Positions 46,328-56,934 are shown, counted from the first letter of the stretch. The stretch: DNA of 64,000 bases from Alphaproteobacteria bacterium (GCA_017617915.1 JAFZVH010000053.1:355-64354); one strand, 5' to 3'. Numbers and translations are program-made. Notes: generated by a model not told the origin, from the letters alone.

Positions 46328-47896
46328 ATGTCTTTCGTTTCTATGCCGCGTCAGGATTTATTGTTGGCCATCGATTCTTTGGCCAGTGAAAAGCAAATTG
46401 ACCGCGAAACTGTGTTCAGTTCACTAGAGGCGGCTATCGCAAAAATCGCAAAACATAAGTATGGTGAAGAATTTAATATTACGGCCAGTATTGACCGCAA
46501 AAATGGCGCAATTTATGTTAAAAGATTGTTTGATGTAATTGAATCGCCCTCGGCGGCAGGTGAAGAATATAATCCATCTACTATGTTGACGCTTGAAGAA
46601 GCCAAAAAATATTCCAAAAATCCGTCTGTTGGCGATGTGGTTGAAGACCCACTGCCAGAACCTGAATTTGGTCGTATGGCGTTTCAAACTGCACGTCAAA
46701 TTATGACCGCACGTGTTCGCGATGCAGAAAAAGGTCGCCAATATGAAGAATTCAAAGATAATATTGGTGATATTATAAATGGTGTTGTAAAACGTATCGA
46801 ATTTGGGAATGTCTATGTTGATATCAATGGCAAAGCCGAAGGTTATATCAAAAACAGTGAACTTATTCCGGGTGAACGTTTAGCGGCGGGCGACCGTGTG
46901 CGTGCACTTATTATGGATGTTGCGCGTTCTAATTCTGGACCACAGATTTTCTTGACCCGTACGCATCCAATGTTTATGGAAAAATTGTTTGTTCAAGAAG
47001 TGCCAGAAATCTATGAAGGCATTATTAAAATTAAATCTGTGTCGCGTGCACCTGGGTCGCATGCAAAAATCGCGGTTGAAACCGCCGACCCATCTGTGGA
47101 TGCGGTTGGTATGACCGTTGGTATCAAGGGTACGCGTATTCAGCCAGTTATAAACGAATGCCATGGCGAAAAAATCGATGTTATTTTGTATTCCGAAGAC
47201 CCTGCGGTCTATATCGTCAACGCTATGCAGCCGGCCAAGGTCGCAAAAATTATCGTTGATGAAGATACACGCAGTGCGGTTGTTGTTGTCAATGATGATC
47301 AGCTGTCTTTGGCAATTGGTCGTCGTGGCCAGAATGTCCGTTTAGCATCTCAATTGACCGGTTGGAATATTGATGTAATGAACGAAGTGGAAGAACAAGA
47401 ACGCCGCAGCAAAGAAATCAAAGAAAAAACAGAGTTGTTTACTACTGCTCTGGATGTTGATGAAATGATTGCGCATTTGTTGGTTTCCGAAGGTTTCCGT
47501 ACGATAGAAGAAGTTGCCTTTGTTGAATTGAAAGAATTGGAATCTATCGAAGGCTTTAATACCGAACTTGCGGTTGAATTGCAAAATCGCGCCAAAGCAT
47601 ATTTGGCCAAGGTTGAACAAGATTATTTCGATGCAGGTCACAAATTAGGTATGACAGATGACCTGTTGCGGTTTGACTTTATCAAACGCCCAATTATTAT
47701 GAAACTGGGCGAAGCCGGCATCAAGACATTGTCTGATTTGGCAGATTTGGCATCGGACGAATTGGTCGAAATCTTGGGCGAAGAAACAATGAGTGCGCGT
47801 TTGGCTGGTCGTGTAATTATGAAAGCACGCGAAATCGCTTTTGGTATAACAGTATCTGAATCAGATGAAAATGCGGAAGTCGTAGAAGCAGAATAA
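46328..47896 (+). CDS. nusA: transcription termination/antitermination factor NusA
   Basis: S1 domain (GDIINGVVKRIEFGNVYVDI), KH domains (AIGRRGQNVRLASQLTGW), and C-terminal acidic repeats. Confidence 0.95.
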   Translation: MSFVSMPRQDLLLAIDSLASEKQIDRETVFSSLEAAIAKIAKHKYGEEFNITASIDRKNGAIYVKRLFDVIESPSAAGEEYNPSTMLTLEEAKKYSKNPSVGDVVEDPLPEPEFGRMAFQTARQIMTARVRDAEKGRQYEEFKDNIGDIINGVVKRIEFGNVYVDINGKAEGYIKNSELIPGERLAAGDRVRALIMDVARSNSGPQIFLTRTHPMFMEKLFVQEVPEIYEGIIKIKSVSRAPGSHAKIAVETADPSVDAVGMTVGIKGTRIQPVINECHGEKIDVILYSEDPAVYIVNAMQPAKVAKIIVDEDTRSAVVVVNDDQLSLAIGRRGQNVRLASQLTGWNIDVMNEVEEQERRSKEIKEKTELFTTALDVDEMIAHLLVSEGFRTIEEVAFVELKELESIEGFNTELAVELQNRAKAYLAKVEQDYFDAGHKLGMTDDLLRFDFIKRPIIMKLGEAGIKTLSDLADLASDELVEILGEETMSARLAGRVIMKAREIAFGITVSESDENAEVVEAE

Positions 47897-47924
47897 AACA
47901 AACATAAAAACCAGAGGTTGAACT

Positions 47925-50327
47925 ATGGCGACATTAACACTTGGAAAATCGGTGACTTTGGACGCAGTGCAGAGCAAAAAGGGTGATTCCGTTTTTGTAG
48001 AACGCCGTCGTCGTGTTGTTGCCCCCGGCAGTAACGAGTTGCGTGAAGAACCTGTGGCGCCTGCTCAACCAAGGAATCCTGCGGATGAAAAGTTGCGCGC
48101 GGTCCTAGAGGCGGCGCACGCCCGCGAAGAAGAACGTAGAAAACGCGAAGCAGAAGAAGCCGCGGCGCGTGCCGCACGCGAGGCGGAAATTGCCCGCGAA
48201 ACGCGCGAATACGAGCAAGTTAAAGAACAACTTGCAGCACGTGAAAACGCGGCAAGTGCCACAACCGAAGCAGAAGAAGAATATGCGCAAGAACCTGCTG
48301 TTGCGGCCAAGCCTGTGACAAAAAAATTTAGTACGCGCCACAATGGGGCAGATGTTGATGAAGATATGCCCCAGAATTCACGGCGCAATAATAAATTTGG
48401 CGGTGCAAAAAAAGATTTTTCTCGTTCTGGCAAAATATCGCTGAAAGATATTGTTATGGGCGGTGATGACGATGATGACGAAATCGGTCTGCGTGGTGCA
48501 AATCGCCGCCGGTCCGAAGCATCGCTGAAACGTTTCCGCGAAAAAGCGCGTGCTATGTTTAATGCGCCGCAAAAGGTCGCGCGCGAAGTCACAATTGGCG
48601 AAACCATTGTTGTGAAAGATTTGGCGATTGCGCTGGCAGAAAAGGTCGGTAATGTTATAAAAAAACTGATGGAAATGGGCATGATGGTTTCCCAGAATCA
48701 GTCGATTGATGCCGATACCGCAGAAATTATTGCAACTGAATTTGGCGCAACGGTAAAACGCGTAGTTGTAAAACCTTATGCCGAAATTTTGGAACGCGAA
48801 CCAAATCCAGAACATTTGCAACCGCGCGCCCCTTTGGTTACGGTTGTTGGACATGTTGACCATGGGAAAACATCTTTGTTGGATGCGTTTCGTAACGCGA
48901 ATGTTGTTGCAGGCGAAGCGGGCGGCATTACCCAACATATTTCTTCGTACGAGGTTAAAACAAAATCTGGTGCGATAATTACATTTTTGGATACTCCGGG
49001 GCACGAAACATTTACTGCTATGCGTGCGCGCGGTGCACAAATGGCGGATATTGTGGTTTTGGTGGTTGCGGCAAATGATTCTATTATGCCCCAGACTATC
49101 GAGGCGATAAATCACATTCGTGCGGCCAAGGTTCCGTTTATCGTTGCAATAAATAAAATCGATTTACCTGAAGCAAACCCACAAAGGGTTAAGACAGACC
49201 TGTTGCAACAGGAAGTCCAGGTTGAAGAAATGGGTGGCGATGTTCAATGCGTAGAAATTTCTGCAAAGCAAAAAATTGGTCTTGATAAATTGGAAGAAGC
49301 AATATTATTACAGGCTGAAATGATGGACCTGCGTGCGGACCCTGATATGCCGGCGGTTGCCAGTGTGGTAGAGGCAAAAATGGAACGCGGTCTGGGTGCG
49401 GTGGCAACGGTTATCATTCGCCAAGGCACATTAAAGGTTGGCGATGTATTCGTTGTTGGTGAAACATTTGGTCGCGTGCGCGGTCTGATTATGTCAAATG
49501 GCGAACGCGTAAAGTCTGTAAAGCCTGCACAGCCTGTGATGGTTTTGGGGCTTGATTCTGTGCCTGCGGCGGGTGACCAGTTAAATGTTATGGAAACCGA
49601 AGCCCAAGCGCGCGAGGTTGCTGCGTGGCGTACAAATGCGGCGCGCGATAAAGCAAATGCAGTAAAGCGTTCATCACTGGAAGAATTGTTTGCACGTCAG
49701 ACGGACGACAAGAAATTGACTTTGCCGGTGGTCCTGCGCGCTGATGTTCAAGGCAGTGTAGAGGCCATTACCGACATGTTGCGCGATATTAAAACAGACA
49801 AAGCATCGGTTGAGATTTTGTCTGCGGGCGTTGGCCAGATTACCGAAGGCGATGTTCGTTTGGCAACTGCATCTGGTGCGGTTATAATTGCGTTTAATGT
49901 CCGTGCAGATGCACTGGTGCGCGATATGGCGCGTGCGGGTGGTGTGGATATTCGCTATCACAGTGTTGTGTACCGTATCACTGATGAAATAAAAGAAATT
50001 TTGTCGGGAAAACTTGCCCCCGAACGCAAAGAAAACTTTATCGGCTATGCGGATGTTATTGCATTGTTCACTGTGGGCAAGGGGATTCGCGTGGCGGGTT
50101 GCCGTATGACCGAAGGTACGATAAAGAAAGATGCTTTTGTTCGTTTGCTGCGCGACAATGTTGTGATTTACGACGGAAAAATTGGCGAATTGCGCCGCGA
50201 AAAGAACGAAGTCAAAGAAGTCAGTGGCGGTGTCGAATTCGGTATGAGTTTTGATAAGTATAACGACCTGAAAGAAGGCGACCGCGTTGAATGTTACGAG
50301 GTTCAAGAAATCAAAGCAAAGTTATAG
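47925..50327 (+). CDS. infB: translation initiation factor IF-2
   Basis: G domain [22 protein letters not shown]. Charged N-terminal region. 800 aa. Confidence 0.95.
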   Translation: MATLTLGKSVTLDAVQSKKGDSVFVERRRRVVAPGSNELREEPVAPAQPRNPADEKLRAVLEAAHAREEERRKREAEEAAARAAREAEIARETREYEQVKEQLAARENAASATTEAEEEYAQEPAVAAKPVTKKFSTRHNGADVDEDMPQNSRRNNKFGGAKKDFSRSGKISLKDIVMGGDDDDDEIGLRGANRRRSEASLKRFREKARAMFNAPQKVAREVTIGETIVVKDLAIALAEKVGNVIKKLMEMGMMVSQNQSIDADTAEIIATEFGATVKRVVVKPYAEILEREPNPEHLQPRAPLVTVVGHVDHGKTSLLDAFRNANVVAGEAGGITQHISSYEVKTKSGAIITFLDTPGHETFTAMRARGAQMADIVVLVVAANDSIMPQTIEAINHIRAAKVPFIVAINKIDLPEANPQRVKTDLLQQEVQVEEMGGDVQCVEISAKQKIGLDKLEEAILLQAEMMDLRADPDMPAVASVVEAKMERGLGAVATVIIRQGTLKVGDVFVVGETFGRVRGLIMSNGERVKSVKPAQPVMVLGLDSVPAAGDQLNVMETEAQAREVAAWRTNAARDKANAVKRSSLEELFARQTDDKKLTLPVVLRADVQGSVEAITDMLRDIKTDKASVEILSAGVGQITEGDVRLATASGAVIIAFNVRADALVRDMARAGGVDIRYHSVVYRITDEIKEILSGKLAPERKENFIGYADVIALFTVGKGIRVAGCRMTEGTIKKDAFVRLLRDNVVIYDGKIGELRREKNEVKEVSGGVEFGMSFDKYNDLKEGDRVECYEVQEIKAKL

Positions 50328-50385
50328 TGTAAGTGATTAGTATGCGGGCGCATCTGCGCCCGTTTTTTACTAATCACTAACACTA
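50325..50385 (+). repeat. TAGTG-rich inverted-repeat element enclosing the infB intrinsic terminator
   Basis: Outer stem AGTGATTAGTA (50332-50342) pairs with TACTAATCACT (50368-50378). Inner terminator CGGGCGC-atct-GCGCCCG plus T6. The tail CACTAACACTAATTTTC is identical to the one at 60256-60272. Confidence 0.8.
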
Positions 50386-50438
50386 ATTTTCTTGAATTTT
50401 GATATATGTTTGCTATTCTTGTGTCAAAAGGAAGATGC

Positions 50439-51965
50439 ATGGACACGAATTACACAGTTTTAGCACGCAAGTATCGCAGTCAAGATTTTGAATCCCTGAT
50501 TGGTCAAGATGTTTTGGTTAAAACACTGACGACTGCAATCAAAACTGGGCGCATCGCGCACGCATATATTTTTACTGGTATTCGCGGAACCGGAAAAACC
50601 AGTACGGCGCGTATTTTGGCCAAGGCGTTGAATTGTTTGTCATCCGATGGACCAACAGCGACACCATGTGGAAAGTGTGAAAACTGTCGTGCGATTGCCG
50701 CGGGCCAGCATATAGATGTTATGGAAATCGATGCGGCGTCACATACTGGCGTTGATAATATGCGTGAAATCTTGGACGCGGCGCAATATCGCCCAACAAA
50801 TGGTCGCTATAAAGTCTATATCATCGACGAAGTTCACATGTTGTCGTCCAGTGCATTTAATGCATTGCTTAAAACACTGGAAGAACCACCTGCACATGTT
50901 ATCTTTATTTTGGCGACAACCGAAATAAGAAAAGTGCCAGTGACTATACTGTCGCGTTGCCAGCGGTTTGATTTGGTTCGCGTGCCCGTTGAAACTTTGA
51001 AAAAGCACTTTGCGTGGATTGCTGAACAAGAACAAGTGGAACTCAGCGACGAAGCAAATGATTTGTTGGCGCGTGCGGCGGACGGTTCGGTGCGTGATGG
51101 GCTGTCGCTGCTGGACCAAGCGATTGCGCAAACAGGTGGTCATGTGGACGAGACGGCGGTTATGGATATGCTGAAACGCGCAGACCGCGGTGTTGTTGTG
51201 GACTTTATGCAAACGATTTTATCTGGCAATGTCGCAAATGCAATTGCCAAAGCAGATGACATTTATACCAATGGCGCAGATTTAACTATGTTGCTTTCTG
51301 ATATGATGGAATGGACACATTGGGCAACGCGCATGCACCCTGTGTTGCGTATCGGCGACAGCGAACATATTCCATACACCGCTGACCAGCGTGAACGCAT
51401 AAATAATATAAATAAACATGTATCATTGAATACTTTGTCCAGACTATGGCAGGTTATGGTTGCGGCGGTCCCAGAAATGCAGGCGGCAACGAACCAGAAG
51501 CAGTGTTTTGATATGTTGATTGTGCGTTTGATGCATATTGCGGATATGCCACCAATTTCTGAAATGATAAAGCAAGAAAAAACATCTGCGCCTGTGGCGC
51601 CTGTACAAAAAGCCGAACAAAAGAAAGTGGAAATCAAAACCGCGACAGATTTGGCAAATGCGTTATCAAATGCGCGTGAAATGTTGATGTATTCTTATTT
51701 TACTAAAAATATAGAGGTTTCAGAAATTGCAAACAACAAAATTGCCTATTTTGACAGGGGCGATGATGGAGACTTTCAAAAGAAACTTATCGTTTGGCTG
51801 AATACGAATACTGGGGCAAATTGGACATTGGAAAAACTTGAACAATCGGGCCAGCAACAAACTGTTGGCGAACAAGAAAAGATTGCGGTTGAATCGGATC
51901 CAATGGTTGCGGACGCAATGTCTTTGTTTGAAAACGCAGAAATTGTCGGTGTTTCCAAACAATAA
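50439..51965 (+). CDS. dnaX: DNA polymerase III subunit gamma/tau
   Basis: LARKYRSQDFESLIGQD, Walker A GIRGTGKTS, zinc module CGKCENC, IIDEVHMLS. Confidence 0.93.
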   Translation: MDTNYTVLARKYRSQDFESLIGQDVLVKTLTTAIKTGRIAHAYIFTGIRGTGKTSTARILAKALNCLSSDGPTATPCGKCENCRAIAAGQHIDVMEIDAASHTGVDNMREILDAAQYRPTNGRYKVYIIDEVHMLSSSAFNALLKTLEEPPAHVIFILATTEIRKVPVTILSRCQRFDLVRVPVETLKKHFAWIAEQEQVELSDEANDLLARAADGSVRDGLSLLDQAIAQTGGHVDETAVMDMLKRADRGVVVDFMQTILSGNVANAIAKADDIYTNGADLTMLLSDMMEWTHWATRMHPVLRIGDSEHIPYTADQRERINNINKHVSLNTLSRLWQVMVAAVPEMQAATNQKQCFDMLIVRLMHIADMPPISEMIKQEKTSAPVAPVQKAEQKKVEIKTATDLANALSNAREMLMYSYFTKNIEVSEIANNKIAYFDRGDDGDFQKKLIVWLNTNTGANWTLEKLEQSGQQQTVGEQEKIAVESDPMVADAMSLFENAEIVGVSKQ

Positions 51966-51985
51966 TTAAAAAGTGGGGGGAAGAT

Positions 51986-52441
51986 ATGAAAACAGAATCA
52001 GGTCGTTCTTTGATAGAAATAGTCGGTGTTTTGGCGGTGACGGGTGTAATGACGGCCAGTGCGATAGGGATATATAATTCTATACGTACTAATCAACACA
52101 ATACGATTGCAACTGCAGAATTGCGGGAAGTTGCCAAGAATACAAAACTGTTGATGGAAATGCGCGGCGATTACAGTGGCGTTTCGGTTGATTATTTAAT
52201 CAAGGCAGGTGCATTGAAAAACGAAAAGCCGCCAGTTGGTACATCGTGGGATGTTGATGTTGATATAGATAAGACCGCGTTCGTAATCAAACTGTATGGT
52301 TTATCGCGCAGCGAGTGTGAATATTTTGCGGTTGCGGTGCCTGCGTGGGCAACGGATGTTTTGGTCAATGGCTATCATATCGACAAAGCGCCAGATTGTT
52401 TTTCTGGTTCTGAAAATGAAATATTTTTTAAGGTAAAATGA
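51986..52441 (+). CDS. type IV pilin-like protein (class III signal peptide)
   Basis: MKTESG|RSLIEIVGVLAVTGVMTASAIGIY: a 6-aa leader, Gly, Glu at +5, then a hydrophobic helix. 151 aa with two C-terminal Cys residues (SECEYF, PDCFSG). Confidence 0.7.
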   Translation: MKTESGRSLIEIVGVLAVTGVMTASAIGIYNSIRTNQHNTIATAELREVAKNTKLLMEMRGDYSGVSVDYLIKAGALKNEKPPVGTSWDVDVDIDKTAFVIKLYGLSRSECEYFAVAVPAWATDVLVNGYHIDKAPDCFSGSENEIFFKVK

Positions 52442-53109
52442 AGCGAATATTAGTCCTTTTGTCGGTGATTCTTGGCGGGTGCGCAGGATATCAAAGTCCG
52501 GATAGAGCGCAGTGGCAGATGTACCTGAAAGGTGCAAGTTTTATGGAAATGAACGAAACTGCGCGTATAGCCAAAAAACCAATATTCCAAGGCGATGGTG
52601 GACGCACAGTCGCAGAAAGTGTAAAACAAAGTGCGACTACGGAATATGGCGACAAAACGCAAAACGAAAATGCAATGTATATCGGCTATATGTCCAAATT
52701 AGAAAACGAATTATATGACGCATTGCGGCGCCCTGGGTTGTCGGTTCAGCGCGCGGGTACAGATGTTGTTGTATTGATGATTCGTGATGCGCTTATGGAA
52801 CTAAATGCGCCAGAGATTTCAGCCGATGGTGATAAAAATCTGAAAATTGTGTCAGATATACTGAAAAAATACGATGCAACATTTATAGAGATTGCAGGCT
52901 ATACAGATTCTATGCGTGATACATCTGCGGCAAATGCGCTTTCATTTGATATGGCGTCGCGTGTTGCAGTTTATTTGGCGCGCGCAGGGGTAAAACCAAC
53001 GCGAATGTTTATTGTTGGTCGTGGTGCGGCGCGTCCTATTGCCGCCCAAGATGAATTGGGTCGTCTGACCAACAGACGCGTAGAATTGCGCATACTGCCG
53101 GTGCGGTAA
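52438..53109 (+). CDS. OmpA-domain lipoprotein
   Basis: Lipobox ILGGC. C-terminal OmpA/MotB-like IEIAGYTDS...NRRVELRILP. ATGA overlap with the pilin-like gene. Confidence 0.8.
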   Translation: MKRILVLLSVILGGCAGYQSPDRAQWQMYLKGASFMEMNETARIAKKPIFQGDGGRTVAESVKQSATTEYGDKTQNENAMYIGYMSKLENELYDALRRPGLSVQRAGTDVVVLMIRDALMELNAPEISADGDKNLKIVSDILKKYDATFIEIAGYTDSMRDTSAANALSFDMASRVAVYLARAGVKPTRMFIVGRGAARPIAAQDELGRLTNRRVELRILPVR

Positions 53110-53188
53110 AAAAGAATAAGTTTCTCTTTCTTTTTATTTTTTTTGTTGCTATAGTAACTCTGTCAATTACAAACCAAAAGGATGGAAT

Positions 53189-53848
53189 ATGGAAAAGACT
53201 AAAAAAACAAATGAAACAAAATCATATACAAAGTTCGGCATCATTGCAGCGATTGTTGTTGCGGTTGCGGTAATCGGTGCTTTTGTAATTCGTGGTGTTG
53301 GGACTAAATCTGTTGGGACCCAGACCGCAATTTCAGAAGTATCTGCGGATGCGGCAAATGGTGCAGACTTGCGTTTTGCGGTTTTGCGTATGGACGCTAT
53401 TCAAAACGAAGCCAAGGCTTTAAAAGACTTGCGTAAACAACGCGAAAATTATGAAGAAAAACTGCGTAAGGATTTAGAAAAACAACAGAAAGCATTGGAA
53501 AAAGAAAAGACAGAAATCGAAAAATCTCAAGATGTACTGTCGCGTGATGCATTGCAACGCCGCGTTGTTGATTACCAAGGCAAGGTTTCTAAATTACAGC
53601 GCGATTTAACAGAACGTGCTCAGTCAGTTGAGGCGTCTTTCCAAAAGGCGTTGGCGACAATCCAAGAAAAACATCTGGACCCGATTATCGAAGCGGTTAT
53701 TGAAAAGAAAAATTTGTCTTTGGTTATAGATGGTCGTTTTGCACGTATGGGTGCATCTGCGGCAAATTTAGATATTACAGATGAAGTTGTCAAAGCATTG
53801 GATAAAAAAGTTTCATCTGTTAAGATGGAAAAACCAAAAGGTTTCTAA
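53189..53848 (+). CDS. OmpH/Skp-family periplasmic chaperone-like protein
   Basis: N-terminal TM or signal sequence, then a long charged coiled coil (LKDLRKQRENYEEKLRKDLEKQQKALEKEKTEIEK) flanked by short beta segments. Confidence 0.65.
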   Translation: MEKTKKTNETKSYTKFGIIAAIVVAVAVIGAFVIRGVGTKSVGTQTAISEVSADAANGADLRFAVLRMDAIQNEAKALKDLRKQRENYEEKLRKDLEKQQKALEKEKTEIEKSQDVLSRDALQRRVVDYQGKVSKLQRDLTERAQSVEASFQKALATIQEKHLDPIIEAVIEKKNLSLVIDGRFARMGASAANLDITDEVVKALDKKVSSVKMEKPKGF

Positions 53849-53866
53849 TCGTCAAAACGATATTAT

Positions 53867-53900
53867 AAAAACCGCCAAATGGCGGTTTTTATTTTTTTTT
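53867..53900. terminator. bidirectional intrinsic terminator
   Basis: AACCGCC-aaat-GGCGGTT followed by a long T-run. Sits between convergent genes. Confidence 0.8.
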
Positions 53901-53908
53901 AAAATAAA

Positions 53909-54244
53909 TTAGTTCAAATTTGTTAAAAACATTGGCAAAGCGGGTTCTTCCTCTTCGGAATTTTCTGTGTTTTCACTATTTTCAGATTCTGCGGCGGCGA
54001 CTTGGGCCTCGATTGCTTGAACTGTCTTTTTGTTTTTATCGTGTGGGTCACGCGTAGAATCGATTTTGCTCTGTTCTTCGTTGACTATGCGACCGTAATG
54101 TTCCGCCGTTTGCAGCAAACGTTCGCGTTCAACCTCGTCGGTTGCCTGACGCGCTTGGTCAATATATTGTTTTCTTTTCATACGCCATTTATGACAACGT
54201 TGAATCATAACAGTAATCTGGTTTTGATTTTTTTTATTCATCAT
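53909..54244 (-). CDS. DUF4167-like protein
   Basis: MMNKKNQNQ..., LLQTAEHYGRIV (resembles the DUF4167 AEHY core), and an acidic tail. The family call is from memory. Confidence 0.55.
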   Translation of the reverse strand: MMNKKNQNQITVMIQRCHKWRMKRKQYIDQARQATDEVERERLLQTAEHYGRIVNEEQSKIDSTRDPHDKNKKTVQAIEAQVAAAESENSENTENSEEEEPALPMFLTNLN

Positions 54245-54380
54245 TTTTATATTCTTTGTCTGGAGATAAAGTCTGGACAACCACTGTCCAAATCTAAACG
54301 ATTTGATATTAAAACATCTTAAAACCAATTGCAATATTTTTTTTCAATTGCTATGCTGTTGTTCAAGGAGTGGGGTCGAT

Positions 54381-55748
54381 TTGCATTTAGAACGTGGAAA
54401 TTTTTTATTGCAATCGCTGTTGGCATTGACGCTGGTCTTTATGTTTATCCCGTTTTTCGCCAATCGCTTGGCATCGCGCAATATAGATGCCCAGTTATAT
54501 TCCGCAACACATCAGGTTGAAACTGCGCAAACTGCGGCGAAATTGTTTATTCAAGAAAATGCAAATTCTTTACCTTTTGCCCAGACGCGCATTGCAGGGA
54601 CCGAGTTTTCAGATAAACTGGAACCATATGGCTTGCCTTTGGGTTTTGTCCCGCGTACTGCATTAGGCCAAGATATTGCGTTGTATGTTATCAAGGATGA
54701 AAACGGTGTGGCGGCATTTTTGCGACTTTCAGGTGGCAGGTTGAATGGTCTGCAAAGGGCGGAATTGGCGAGACGCATCGGATTCTTTGCCGCCTATGAT
54801 TCAACAAATTCGAATGGTGATATAGATGTAGGTGTTCAACTTGGTGAAACATATTCTGATATTGTTCGCAGAAATGAACAGAATTATTCTATGACTGGCT
54901 TTTTGACTGATCTGGATATGGGGAATTTTAAGTTAGATAATGCCGCTAATATTTTTGCAAATCGTCTTGCATCAGATACAGGCGAAATAACAACGCTAAC
55001 GATTACAGGCAGTGAATCCGGTCGGCGTGAGCGCAGCAAGATTGCACAGATAAACACAAATAAAACAGTCTTTCAATCCAGTGGCGGCGAAGCGGCACTT
55101 TCTTTGACACGTGGCACACTGAAAGCAGACAGTGTTGTAGGTCGAACAATTTCAAAGTTCGGTGAAACTGGAAATCTGACGGCGGTGGATGCGGCGGTGG
55201 ATGCTTTTGATATGTCTGTTGGGCGTATTGGTTTTACAGGCCCCAGTAAATGGAACATTGGTTCGGATTTAGTGACCAGTCGTATAAGTTTCAGCACAGA
55301 AAGATTGGATGTTTCGTCTTTTATAAATGTCACGCGCGGGCAAGATGTGTATATCGATTATGATACTTTGTCATACAGCAATTCCAGTGGCATAGACACA
55401 GATGTTATAAATACTTCGCATATAACATTGCGCGACCAAACATCCAGCAGTCTGTCGCGCGGTGGTGATGGTGCGGTTATTTTGGATATCAGACCTGCCG
55501 GTACATCTGTATTGCCAGACGCATTGGTTGATGGTATAAACAATGGCGCATTTGCGATACTTGCAAACCCAACTAAAGATGACGCCACAACAATAGACTG
55601 TAATTCTGTGATATCATCGCTTGGTGGTGTGTACAATCAAAAATCTTTGGCGCACAATATTATTTGTCAGTATGTCTTTTGGCAAAGGTTAGAGCGCAGA
55701 ATAAATATCAAACAATGTTTAATCGAGGGCGGCAGTGATTGTAAATAA
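54381..55748 (+). CDS. giant prepilin-like protein 1
   Basis: SD AAGGAG, then TTG 54381. (M)HLERG|NFLLQSLLALTLVFMFIPF, followed by about 430 aa. Motifs TDLDMGNFKLDN and GEITTLTITG are shared with the next two genes. Confidence 0.65.
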   Translation: MHLERGNFLLQSLLALTLVFMFIPFFANRLASRNIDAQLYSATHQVETAQTAAKLFIQENANSLPFAQTRIAGTEFSDKLEPYGLPLGFVPRTALGQDIALYVIKDENGVAAFLRLSGGRLNGLQRAELARRIGFFAAYDSTNSNGDIDVGVQLGETYSDIVRRNEQNYSMTGFLTDLDMGNFKLDNAANIFANRLASDTGEITTLTITGSESGRRERSKIAQINTNKTVFQSSGGEAALSLTRGTLKADSVVGRTISKFGETGNLTAVDAAVDAFDMSVGRIGFTGPSKWNIGSDLVTSRISFSTERLDVSSFINVTRGQDVYIDYDTLSYSNSSGIDTDVINTSHITLRDQTSSSLSRGGDGAVILDIRPAGTSVLPDALVDGINNGAFAILANPTKDDATTIDCNSVISSLGGVYNQKSLAHNIICQYVFWQRLERRINIKQCLIEGGSDCK

Positions 55749-56934
55749 ATGGCGAATTTTTTCTGGTACAAACGCGGTGCGCGCCCAATGTGGTGGCGGA
55801 TTGGTAGAGGTCTTGTTGGCCATGGTAATAATTGCAGTTGCAGCGCCATTTACTTACTCTATGATTGCTGATACTACGCATATGATACACGATATGGCGG
55901 TGGCAAATGATATTTTAAGTCTGCGTGATGGTGTGTTAAACTTTGTGCGCATAAATCAAGACTTGTGGCCAGATGTCATCCAGATAAAAATGTCAGATGA
56001 AGAATTAGCAAAGTTTTCGGATGGCATATCTTCGGGCTTTATTGACAAGTACACTTATAAAAGTGGTACGGTCATAGATGTCTATTTGGCGTTTGATTTG
56101 CAAATCAGTCCGCGCCGCGCCGCACGTATCGCGGCAAATGTTGGTTCAAACGCGGCGATTGTCGGAACAGATGGTATTGCATATGGCGATACTTGGGCGG
56201 TGACGGCACCAGATTACAAGTTTGGGACACTGGTGTATAAAATCAGTCGTAATTTGACAGACTTTGATACTTCGCGCTTTTTGCATCGTGGTTCTTCGGG
56301 TGAAGAAAACCTGAATGTTATGGAACGCGATTTGAATATGGGTGGTAATGATATCTATAATGTGGGCGAGATAGATGCACACTCGGTACGTGTCAGAAAT
56401 TTAAATGCAACGTTTGTAAATGCCGATACAATAGATGCACGAAATGTTTATTTTTCATCTGGTGCAAATATGAACGGTGATAATGTCAATATAAACACTT
56501 TGCGCGTGTCTGGCGATATCAGTGGTTTTAGAAATATCGAAGCACAAAAATTAAATGGTTCTAATTTTACGGTAAACGGTCGTATTATTGCGGACAGGGC
56601 AACGATAAATGAATCTATCAACATCGGACGCAATTTAAATATTAAATCAACAAGTTTGAAAACCATAAGCGGCTTTACAGGGATGACGGTTGGTTCTGTC
56701 TATGCGCCGTATATTTCAACAAGTGAAATAACCTTTTATGATAATTTTGGTTTGACGGTATCGGGTGAATTACTGATGTCGTCAAACGCACCCATCAAGA
56801 TTGGTTCATGGGTTTTCCCATCCAAAGATGCGCCAAGTTTTAATGCGTTGAGTTTGGCGCGTGCACCAATACCACAAATACCAAACAAAGACGAATTCAA
56901 AGAGATAATGGAAAGCGGTTGGCAAACAAAATGA
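55735..56934 (+). CDS. giant prepilin-like protein 2
   Basis: The GTG start overlaps the previous ORF by 14 nt. ...IFSGTNAVRAQCG|GGLVEVLLAMVIIAVAAPF. N-rich beta-repeat body with RDLNMGGNDIYN. Confidence 0.65.
   Translation: MIVNKWRIFSGTNAVRAQCGGGLVEVLLAMVIIAVAAPFTYSMIADTTHMIHDMAVANDILSLRDGVLNFVRINQDLWPDVIQIKMSDEELAKFSDGISSGFIDKYTYKSGTVIDVYLAFDLQISPRRAARIAANVGSNAAIVGTDGIAYGDTWAVTAPDYKFGTLVYKISRNLTDFDTSRFLHRGSSGEENLNVMERDLNMGGNDIYNVGEIDAHSVRVRNLNATFVNADTIDARNVYFSSGANMNGDNVNINTLRVSGDISGFRNIEAQKLNGSNFTVNGRIIADRATINESINIGRNLNIKSTSLKTISGFTGMTVGSVYAPYISTSEITFYDNFGLTVSGELLMSSNAPIKIGSWVFPSKDAPSFNALSLARAPIPQIPNKDEFKEIMESGWQTK

Noticed and set aside
48065-50306. Several long minus-strand ORFs of 205, 245 and 210 aa (48065-48682, 48378-49115, 49674-50306).
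   Set aside because: All are antisense to infB (IF-2), whose G-domain motifs are unambiguous. They are typical shadow ORFs in a long gene.
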